Notes under the pieces: model-generated | Seen by the model: only the letters and a program-made list of their open reading frames with translations | What the model was told of the DNA's origin: nothing | The model's database searches: none | Part shown: piece by piece, positions 52,601-62,408 of the stretch | Numbering within the stretch: position 1 is the first letter of the stretch | Layout of the letters: each line of letters starts with the position of its first letter | DNA from: Vitrella brassicaformis CCMP3155 | Lineage: Eukaryota > Protista > Chromerida | Direction: 5' to 3' | DNA: 64,000 bases | NCBI GenBank assembly: GCA_001179505.1 | Contig: CDMY01000251.1 | Span: 62,001 to 126,000 of the forward strand | Made by a program: the position numbers and the translations under genes

Positions 52601-54024
52601 TTGCGCTGGAGGCCGGTCGTCTTGCTGCTCGCGTGAGTGTGCCGGTGAAGCTGCAGCTGGTCATCCAGGACTTCTTCGACCACTCCACACAGCAGCTCCT
52701 CGCCGTCAAGACACGACTGGTGAGTGAGTGAGGCAGGGATGAGAATGGCAGAAAGAGCGGCCAACGAGAGAGATACTGTCTGGGTTGATGTCTGTGTGCG
52801 TGTGTGCAGGTGGAGTGTTTGGTAGGGTGTCTTCGGTCGGCGGCGTGCGGGAGCCTGGCCGCCCTCAGGGGCATCCCTGCCGTCTACCGCATGACCAACA
52901 AACCCGTAAGTGCGGTGGGTGCGACCAGTCCACACAACACAACACATCACAAACACACATGCAGGCGCCGTCCCGTCCGTCGTCTTATGTGGAGGGCGTG
53001 TTGAAGCCCCTCACCTCATTCGCAGACACGTCGCAGACCGTCGTGGCCAAGGTAAGAAAGGGGGTTGATGGCCGCTGGTTTGGGGGGGGGGGGGGGGGGG
53101 NNNNNNNNNNNNNNNNNNNNNNNNNNNNNNNNNNNNNNNNNNNNNNNNNNNNNNNNNNNNNNNNNNNNNNNNNNNNNNNNNNNNNNNNNNNNNNNNNNNN
53201 NNNNNNNNNNNNNNNNNNNNNNNNNNNNNNNNNNNNNNNNNNNNNNNNNNNNNNNNNNNNNNNNNNNNNNNNNNNNNNNNNNNNNNNNNNNNNNNNNNNN
53301 NNNNNNNNNNNNNNNNNNNNNNNNNNNNNNNNNNNNNNNNNNNNNNNNNNNNNNNNNNNNNNNNNNNNNNNNNNNNNNNNNNNNNNNNNNNNNNNNNNNN
53401 GGGGGGGGGGGTGGACGCACTGTGCCCCTGTGTTGTGTTGTGTGTGATGCAGCCGTTGATGTCCGAGTGGCTGGGTCAGGCTGTGGAGGCCATCGCGATG
53501 TCATATGAGCAGCAGGTAGGGGCGTGTATCATGCTTTTGTGTGAGCATGGACGACAGACACAGCATGTGTGTGTGTGTGTGTGTGTGTGGAGGTGACGAG
53601 TTTGATGCGGACAGTTGAGCAGCAGGAGAAGTCGCTCAAGAAGTTCCAGAAGAAGGGCGGCGCCAGCGATGCGGTGGGTACGGTGCGGTCAACACAAACA
53701 ACACATTGCACCACACCACACCACAATATTCACACACACACCGGTGCAATCCATCCATCCATCAGGGGTCGCAACTGACGGACCTTGAGAAGATATTTCT
53801 CCAGCTGAAACTGGTAAGTACTGATGGATAGACGCAGATGCCATCCACATATTGTGCCCGCCACTGATTGCTCTTGTTAAGAACAACTGTGTGGACGAAT
53901 GTGTGTGGTGTGAGTCCCTCAGGATGTGGAAGACTTTGAGCGTCAGTGTGGCGCCAAGCTGGGCCTCGTGTGCGACGCCGTCAACACACCCGCACTCACC
54001 AGGCTAGTCAAAATGGTTAGCTAG
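49691..54024 (+). CDS. COG2: Conserved oligomeric Golgi complex subunit 2 (multi-exon)
   Basis: FDARAFVV..LRQGLKDHLEKVRQELVALINDNYSDFINLS; FQKKWKLQVYFSIK; LRGIPAVYRMTNKP|PSSYVEGVLKPL; QEKSLKKF..DLEKIFLQLKL|DV. Confidence 0.9.
53101..53400. other. Assembly gap (300 N) flanked by poly-G, inside a COG2 intron
   Basis: N run with G homopolymers on both sides. Confidence 0.99.
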
Positions 54025-54549
54025 CCACCATGGAAGGCACACCACATGACACCTCGCCGCCCGGCCAGCCAGCATGCCATCGTCTGTGTGCATCGCATCT
54101 GTACTTGCTTGTGTGTTGTTGTTGTGTGTGTCTCACTCAGATGGGCGACGCCGTGACGACGGGCAGCGCCCTGCCCCATCAGGCGACGTGATGTGACTGA
54201 CGCCTAGTCGACAGACATCTGTCAGTATAGCTAGGAAATTAGAGAGCCGCCAGGCAGGCCAGCCGTAAGGAAGACATGTTGGTTGTACCTACCTGAGTAT
54301 ATGTGTGTCACCTAATGATGAGTGAGTGGGTCGGGTCGGGTCGGCCGCAGGCACCACACCACCTTGCACTCACTGCACATAAATCTAACTCAGTCAGTCA
54401 GACGACAAAAGAAACTTTGTCTCTCGGGTCGCAGCCCTCCCTCTCCAAATGTAATAAAGACCATCGGGGGGCCCCCGTACACACGCATAAAGAATTACAT
54501 CGACGAAGCCCCGCCCCGCCCCACCCCACCCCATCCCGCCATGCTCTGC

Positions 54550-55954
54550 TCAGATGCTGCCGTTGCTGCCGTTGCTGGCGGTGCTGGCGTGTGCATTGCC
54601 TGGCTTGTTGTAGGGCGATAGCCTCACGAGCACCTGCTGGCTTGGGGCCGCCAGCGGCATCTGAGCGCGAAGCGTCTTGGTGGGGATGTCGTACTGCATC
54701 AGGTCCTCACCTGCAGTGCACACACCACGACACCACACCACACCACACCAAATCAGCCTAGCCCAGCCAGCTTGGCTGACACACGTGTGTGAGTGTGTGT
54801 GTGTGTGTCTGTGTGTGTGTATAAGTACCGATCACCACGGGTCCGTCGAAATCGCTGCCGACCTCGGCCATTAGCGCGTCCTTGTCGAACACCGGAGGCG
54901 CAAAGTGGTTCAACAGCAGCACACCAACCTTAGTGAGTGAGAGACAAGCACACCACACCACACACAGACGAGCATCCAATCCGCCTGTTCACTCACTGCC
55001 TCCCTCACCACCCACCCTACCCACCTCACCTGTGCCTCTGCCGCCAGCTTGCCAACCTCGCTGCTGAGCGTGTGGTACGACGCTGTGGCCTCCACCGTGG
55101 CTGCCGTCCGCACCCCCTCGGACACAGGCATCGCACGCTTGATGAACACCTCGTGGACCAGCACATCGCACCCCCTCGCCGCCTCTACCAACGCCCCACA
55201 CCATCTCGTGTCGCCACTGAAGACCGCCCGCTCTTCCTCTCCAGTGGTGGAGATGGCGAAGCCGTAGGCATGCTCGATTGGCTTGTGGTCCACCACGACC
55301 GGCTGCACGACCAGACCACCGAGGGTAATGGGCTCCGGCTCTGTGGGGTGGAGCTCCTCGATGTGGATGTCCAAAGCGATGGTGGAGGGGCGCTGCTCGA
55401 AGGCGATGCGGTCTGACCGTTCCTTGTGCCAGCAGGCCATCAGCTCGGTGATGAAGGCTCGTGTGCCGGGGGGACCGATGATGCGCTGAGGCTTCGAGCG
55501 ACCCTGGTGCCAGGAGGAGATGATGAACTGGACAGACAGATGAGATGGGCAGACGCACAGCCAGAGAGAGAGAGAGTGTGTGTGTGAGAGAGGAAGGGCA
55601 TTCCAATTAAGGTGCCTAGCCTCTGACCTGGTACAGGTCGATAACATGATCACTGCAAGCACCGCACCCAAGCAACGCACACGAAGGCGACAACAAACAG
55701 CGATAGAGACAGCGCTTCTGTCCTTTCTGTCCCTCTCGCATCATCTTCTGGTGGGTTTATCCCTACCTGTGCATGTGAGTGAGGAGCACTGCAGTGATGT
55801 CCCTGCCGCTCACACCCAGCGCCGCCAGCCGCTGCGTGACCCCTGAGCCAGCGTCGATGAGAAGGGAGGTGCCGTCGTGCTGCACCAGATTCGCCGCACC
55901 GAAACGGTCCGCACGCGGCTGAGGCGAGCCGGTGCCCAGCAGCGTCACCTTCAT
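54550..55954 (-). CDS. Bacterial-type MBL-fold hydrolase (RNase Z/BN, AtsA-like family)
   Basis: MKVTLLGTGSPQP..LLIDAGSG..LLTHMH|SDHVIDLYQ| with HxHxDH completed by the 25-nt micro-exon 55628-55652; IGPPGT, VDHKP, FSGDT, DVLVHE, SYHT, LNHF. Confidence 0.9.
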
Positions 55955-56638
55955 TTCAAGGGACTGTACGGCGGGTGAGGTGAGGCAGGCCTACCGAAAC
56001 CAAGCACGCCACCAAGGTGAAAAGAATCAACCCTTTTGGTCGGTGCGGTTCAAAGGCAGCTTCCTTCCTTACGTTAGTGAGTCACAGGGCCTTCGGTTCG
56101 GGCGGACAAGCGCCAGAAAAAGCCCGTACGTAATGAGATGGTGTTCTTCGCTAGCAGATCTGCAGACAGAGACCAGGCACAGCCATTGGGCGTCCCCAGA
56201 TGCTTTGACGCCTCACAGAACAGAAGGCTTTCTACAGGCAATCGACAGGCTCTTTCCTCTCATCCTCTCTTTTTTCGGTACGCACCTGAAGGTTGTGTGA
56301 ATCTCCCCTGGAGGTGATTCGGTCTGTGGATTCGGTTACCGAATCAGGCAGGGTCGGTCGGTCGGTCTGTTATGGGTTTGACAGGGTGGGAGGGAGGGGG
56401 CAGTTCGTCCTGTTATTTCGTCCAGCTCGCACTGCTTTTTACGTGAAACCCTAACCGCCGTACATACGTGGTCCGCTCGTTGAAATGAAAACGTGTGTGA
56501 GGTCTGTCATACTGACTCTCTGGCTGTGTTTCTGGGTGTGTCTTGGTGTGCCCTTCCTTCCCATGGAGTGAGGAATCACTGACGCTCCTTTGACGCACGC
56601 ACGAGGCAGACAGACAGACGACCAAAAATAAAGGCAGC

Positions 56639-56669
<31 letters not shown>

Positions 56670-56773
56670 ACGATCAGCTCTCACTCGGCAAAGGAAACGG
56701 GGCGGGGCGGGGCGACTAAACAAAACGAAACGGGGCTGGGCAGCTTGTGTGGCTTCACCTATGAGCTTGTCGG

Positions 56774-57757
56774 TCAGAAGGTGTGGGGCTTGGCACGCTT
56801 GGGGAAGAAAATCGCGTTGTGCTGCATCTCGGAAAAGAAAATCGCCTTGTGCTGCATCTCGGAACCCTCTGCAGGCAGACATATATGCATGCGAGCGCAT
56901 GTTTAGTTGGTGAGTTAGCATCCAAAGGGCCTGTCCGTCTGTTTGTCTGTGTGTATGTCTTTGTGTGCATGTCGATGGACTCACTTCGGTCGAAGCTCCA
57001 GGAGGGATGTCCGGGGAAGAACTTGGTCGTGACCTCGGGCTTCCCGCCGAAGAGGGTCCCCGTCTCGGTCGACATGAAGTCGCCACCTTCGTATTGTACG
57101 TCGGCGTCGAAGCTTTCCAATTCGACTTGCTTGCTGAATCGCCTGTTGAACTCCTGTGTTACACAAGACAAAAGAAGAAGACGAGATGTGCGAGTATCCG
57201 GATGTGGCTCTTCCCCCGCGTCAGGTGTCTGCTTTCTTACGACGCTGTTGGCCATGCACCAAGAACCCGTTGGGAGCTTCTCCCACGCTAAGAGCGTTGG
57301 GACTATGAAGCCTTGATAAGTCTTGCAACCTGTCGTAGAAGTCTCGAATGTGCCCAGTCCCCTGTCGCTTGCTCCGCTCGCCATCAGGATCTGGGAGACA
57401 GACAGGGCAGATAAGTCCTACAAACGCCCCCAACTATCGCGTGATCCATCCTTGCCTCGTTGACGATGCACGTCTGTGTCTCGGGGTCTGGGCATTCCTT
57501 CCCCGAAAGGATCTGGTCTCCGTAGACGTGTGCCTGCATACGGATGACGCCGAACAGAAGTCACTGACGCCGAACATGAAGTGAGTCGGGCGTTTTCTCA
57601 CCGTTTTCTTCCTCACGAGGGGTCCACCCTCCTTGACCTGATCGTACTTTCAGTAGGTGTAGTAGGCAAGGAGCTTGACTTCGCACTGCTGGCTCATGGC
57701 CACAACGAAGCACATGGCGGACACGAGGGCCTTCAGCGTCAGCACGAGGGATGCCAT
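56774..57757 (-). CDS. Orphan secreted protein (about 215 aa, 5 exons) with one in-frame TGA at codon 36; candidate selenoprotein or readthrough product
   Basis: Exons 57757-57602, 57533-57456, 57390-57241, 57153-56985 and 56868-56774 total 648 nt and splice in phase. The reading frame has strong C/G third-position bias and a signal-peptide-like start. The internal TGA is at 57652-57650. Confidence 0.6.
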
Positions 57758-58042
57758 CTGCAATGACACCGAAACCCACAGTGCATGGCACACAGCGCGT
57801 CGTGCAGTGCCCGGAGGCTATTGGCGCCTGGCTCTCTCGCTCACCGTCTGCACAGCTCAAGTGAACTTGGCGGAGCGATGCAGCTCAGGTCACGCGAGGA
57901 TTCTTCAAATGGACGCGGCTTGTGCAGCGATCTGTAGACCGGTGCCGCAATGCGACAGGCAGCACTCAGACAGCGGAAGGGAAAAGCACTTGAAGGCCGC
58001 AGAAGTGCAGCTCTTTCAGAGACGCCCCCATGCAATCTCTGC

Positions 58043-58054
58043 TGCGAGCTCGCA
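58043..58054. promoter_or_regulatory. Perfect palindrome TGCGAGCTCGCA (two overlapping motif cores) in the orphan/GGCT divergent region
   Basis: 12-bp self-complementary sequence containing GCGAGCT on both strands. Confidence 0.5.
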
Positions 58055-58435
58055 CTGGCAGTGCTCCCACTCCATCGAGGAGAAACGCATAGGGTTTCTC
58101 ATGCTTTTGAGGGTTTTTTCACACACGGTAGCTGTTTGTCTCAATCTTCCCCCTCCCCCCCCATTCCGCGAATTGGGCTAGTGCCTATTTGCGTCTTTAA
58201 GAAACAACGTTCGGCAGACAAAACGTTCGATCACGATCGTATGGGAGAGAAAAGGGGAAAACGGTAGCGGTGTTGTGTTGCTTGCACTACTACAGACACG
58301 TCAATATGTGGAGAAGCTTCGTCTTCTTCTGTCGTTTGGATCAGTGACCGTTAAACTGATGAACCCTGAAGCGGCAAGTATGAAAAACGCTTGGCCGTCT
58401 AGGGTGCTCCATGAAACCGCTGCTGCTGTGTAGCC

Positions 58436-58503
58436 ATGCCGTCTGGTTCCCTGCCGTCTATCCCCGAGCATGACGTGCCTTCCCGGAGCAGTAGCAGCGC
58501 ACT

Positions 58504-58537
<34 letters not shown>

Positions 58538-59392
58538 GAGGCAAGACCGAGAGCCAAGGCCAACACCAACAAGTTTCTCTTTACTTACGACGCCTTTATG
58601 GATCCTGACATCGTCTACCACTTCGCCGGAGAGCGGCCCGTCTCATCTCGCGCCGGCTGGATCAGCGGCTTCAGCCTCACCTTCGACAGGCAAGGCTTGC
58701 CGCTTGTCGAGCCGGTGCTCGCCAACATGACGCAGGAGAGGGTTGATGAGGATGGCGATGCTCCCCACACACAGCCACACGAGCGGCCGAGGGTGCACGG
58801 TGTGCTGCACGAGTTTTCCAAGAGCTCTATGCTGCGAGTGGTGGATTACGGCAAGCAGATGGAGTGCTTCGCCTTTGTGCCGCTGAGGGTGAATCTCTAC
58901 GGCCCCGGTGTGGCGGTTGGCGAGACGGAGGCTGCTCTTGCGATGGTCTGCCACCGGTCCAGCGTCATTGGGCCAAACAGCACACTGCTGCCGAGCGCTG
59001 AGTATGTGCTCAAGCTGGTACGATTGGCCAAGCGGTTCCGCCTCGCGGATGAGTCCGTCTATCAGATGAGGACGACGCCGGTCAACCCCGCACCCCTCTC
59101 ACTGGGCGGCCGCGTTGCCAAAGCCTTGATGAGCTTTCTCATCCTGCTGGGGTATTGGTGTGGGTGGCCGGCCTTCGGGTGGTCTATTCTGGACGTGCTG
59201 TGGGCCATGAGTGACTTGGAGGCAGCTGTGTGGATCTGCGGCTACTTTTCCTTCATGGGGCTGGCCGTTGGGCTCATGGCGCTCTTCCTGATGTACTTGG
59301 CGCCGCGCCGGCGAACCGTTGTGGTTGGGGATGGGGGGCTGGATTGGACAAGCGATGGGAGAGGGGGGCTGGAGAGGGAAGGAGAGCTCTGA
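58436..59392 (+). CDS. Intronless gamma-glutamylcyclotransferase/AIG2-like protein with C-terminal TM segments and a polyQ tract
   Basis: KFLFTYDAFMDP..G-ISGFSLTF..VLANM..VHGVLHEF..PSAEYVLKLV resembles the GGCT fold; two hydrophobic segments follow. Confidence 0.65.
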
Positions 59393-59655
59393 TTGTGTGC
59401 TGTATGGTATGGTGGTGGGCGGGGTGCGGGTGAATGCATTGACTGCAAGATTCGTTGACTGGACAAAATGGGACGGGACATGAAACATAGCGTAGCATCA
59501 TGTCATCGATGGCACATGGGGGGTCCATGCCTACTCAATGCGCATCAACTATTCACACAGCCGAATTACTCTCCCTCTCCTCCACAACACACAGCACGGA
59601 AAAACCCACACGGACGACCAGACGAACAGTCGATCGCACGCCTGCATCTCGTCAA

Positions 59656-61746
59656 TCACTGTGGTGTCGCTCTTGCATCCTCCTGATGCCTCGTCTCGAC
59701 ATCAACCGACAACAGACCGTCCGCACGAATCGACACCTGCACCCACACACACCATTATATGCAACACAATCCATCCATCCATCAGTCCCGCCTGCATCCG
59801 CCCTTCTCACCTTTTTTCGCCTTTCTTGCTGCTCGGGGTCGGAGGCTTCCGCCCCCTCGTCAACTTCGATGGACGCCCTGTAGCCATCCTCCTGGTCAGT
59901 CAGCTCGATGACGATCGGCGGTGATGTCTGTGTGAGCCCAAGGTCCTCAAGAGATGTGGCGTATCTCTTGTAGAAGCTGTGGTAGTCCACTTGATAGTGA
60001 TACACCTGCAGCAGGGACTCCTGCACACACAGACAAGAGAGAGAGAAACCTTATGTGTGTCTGTCTGGGGTGTGGTGTGGTGTGTGTGTTGTGGGCCTGA
60101 AGCTTGTTGTGCTGTGCTGTGTGGGTCACTTTGTGGTCGAAGAGAGGGTCTGGGATGGAAGGGTCTGCCTCGCTGCTGGGCGACTCTGCAAAGACGACAA
60201 AGCCCCACCTCTCCGGCCGGTGCATGTTGACGATGCCTGCACCACACACACACACAAGTGTGCATTTGGTGTGTCCCTCAATCCGTTGTCCCCATCTAAT
60301 CAGTCACTCGCCTTGTGGCGTCCATGTCCAGTTGTCCTCTGGGGGCTTTTTAACGTACGAGCCGTTCACCACCTCCAGCGGCCACTGACACGACAACAGC
60401 GCACACACAGCATACATACAGCAACGTCAGTCAAGCCCCATCGTCTGACTGACACGGTCGGTCGGCAGCTCTCCCACCCACCTCCACTCGGCTGAAGTTG
60501 ATTCGCCACCAGTCGCCGGCCTTGGGCTTGGCCGCCTCCTGCCCGACCAACGCAAAGAGGTCCTTGAAGGGGAAGTGCGCCGTGATCCCCCAGCCAATGT
60601 CCGTGTCACTGGGGTCGTTCAGGCTGCCGTGCACATCAGCTGACACACATAGCATAGAGAAGCAGACAGACAGAGAAAGAGAGAGACGAGTGTCCATGTG
60701 TGTATGTATGTGTATGTGTGTAGCCCTATGCGACAGCGGACGCACCCCTCCATGCATCTATCTGCATCTACGGGCGGCCCGGCTTTAATAAGGCACACAC
60801 CAAGTTTGGTGACCGCTGTTCCCTCCCTTTGACACCTTGCCCTTCACATCATGCTCTAGGAAGGCAACGCCAGAAGGGCTCACTGTCTGTCTGTCTGCAA
60901 ACCTGCCTGGCCGCCTGCGTCATGTGTGTGTGTATTCCCTTCACTCACTTACTGCCTGTCTGGATATTGGGCAGGTTGAATGTGGTAGGGCTGCCTCCAT
61001 CGCTGTAGGGCTTGTCAAGGGTCAGCTCCCACCGGATGTTGTTGGCATTGACCTCGTACTCGTAGTAATGGTGTGTGGAGCCGTCGCAGTTGATGAAGAC
61101 CTCAAAGTCATGGTCGTAGTGGAATATGTACTGGTTGATCTCCGTGGCCTCAGCCATCAGGTGGGGCTCGTCCATCCAGCTGCCCACCCACAGACCAGAA
61201 TCGTCCCACATCATCTTGACGCGCTGACACACAGACAGCACCACACACAACAGACATCAACGTCACATAACATCCACAGCACAGCGTGTCTGTGGATCGG
61301 ATCTGCCTGCGTGGCGTGGCGTGGCGGTGCCCCGGCCTGGCTGGCCTGTTTGTTTCTCACCCACCCACCGTGTTGTATCGGGGCATCGGCTTCGCTTCCC
61401 CTTCAATATCGGCGAAGAGGGTGCTCCACGGTGCGTGCTCCCACGCGCTGTCGTTGACTCTGCCATCGGCCTTTGGGCCGTCGTCATTCTTGACAGGTGG
61501 CGCCACGTACACCAGCGGCCGGATGGCCTTCATCTTCTCCCACATGGCGTACCTCTCGCCGTGCCATTCCATCGTTGCTGCAGTGGCTGCCCGACACGCG
61601 ACGAGGGAGCCTCTCGGCTGGTTGCTGCAGCCCAATGACGGAACGAAGGCAGATCTCGCGACGGCCGCAAGGTGAGCTGCAAGGACCAGCGGCAACAGGG
61701 AGAGCCGAAAGTCCACAACACTTTTGTCAGGGAAGAGAACAGCCAT
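59656..61746 (-). CDS. Bacterial-type carbohydrate-binding family 9-like (CBM9/DUF1083) protein with a bipartite plastid-like leader
   Basis: DGRVNDSAWEHAPWS..FADIEGEAKPMPRYNT|RVKMMWDD..EPH..DHDFEVFINCDG..YYEYEVNA, HGSLNDPSDTDIGW, GDWWRINFSRVE|W, PEDNWTWTPQG|IVNMHRPERWG; last exon VSIRADGLL..*. Confidence 0.85.
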
Positions 61747-62408
61747 AAGCTGATGATGGCGACTACACCACAGGGCACCGCTCCGGAATGCGAGCCGAAA
61801 CAATGGCGAGCTGAGCAGCACCGGGTGCATCCGATTTCTCCAGTGCAAACAGGCCTGGGAGGGGTGGCGCCATGGTCCGGGTATGTCCAGTGGTGCGTAC
61901 GGCAGAACGGCGCATGATTTCGTGTCTCCTTTCGAGAGACACGTTGCGGCCGTTACGTGTACACGAGCGTTGGGCTTTGTTTGACCCGACAGGGAGGAGA
62001 GAGGGTTGCCTGTTTGGTTTTTGTGTTTGAGTATCGCTTGATTTGTGGAGCCTGTCGAGGCGCCTGTCTGTCTAGTGTTAGTACTGACTGTCTGACTGAC
62101 TCCCTCTCTCTCCCTCCCTGTGTCCCCGCCCCGGCCTGCCTCTTGTGCAGATTCAGCGCCGCTGACATCTGCACATCCGCCTGTGTACAGCCTGTAGGTA
62201 GCCCAGCCCCCTTCTCTCTGTATATACAGCCAATTAGAGGCGCGGCACCGTCATCGGCTCTGCCGCTTTGCCTTGCCCCTCACTCTCCCTGCTACTCCCC
62301 GCCCTCTTCGGTTCGGTTCAAAGGTTGGTCGGCTGTCAGCTGTTTTGCGGAGGCGGCGACCACCTCCCTGCCTGTGTATAGCTTTCCAAGGGCTTCAGTG
62401 AGCACCCG

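Noticed and set aside
55990-56300. Possible Pol III ncRNA (GGTTCAAAG B-box-like word, small hairpins)
   Set aside because: No tRNA cloverleaf and no U1-U6, SRP or RNase P/MRP signature recognised. Probably the upstream region of the MBL gene.
56446-56454. Telomere-like AAACCCTAA
   Set aside because: Single copy, not an array; at most a telo-box-like promoter word.
56000-56773. SECIS candidates in the putative 3'UTR of the UGA-containing gene (ATGA near 56507, GTGA near 56575 and 56210, GGGA near 56305; minus strand)
   Set aside because: None combined an UGAN/NGAN quartet, a 10-12-bp helix and an AA apical loop. Stems were short or loops too long. A covariance-model search is needed.
56451-57860. 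Alternative reading frame through the same exons (ORFs 57561..57860, 57221..57433, 56981..57166, 56451..57086) that avoids the TGA
   Set aside because: Mostly A/T third positions typical of a shadow frame, an upstream in-frame stop, no ATG in the first coding exon and Arg-rich junk composition.
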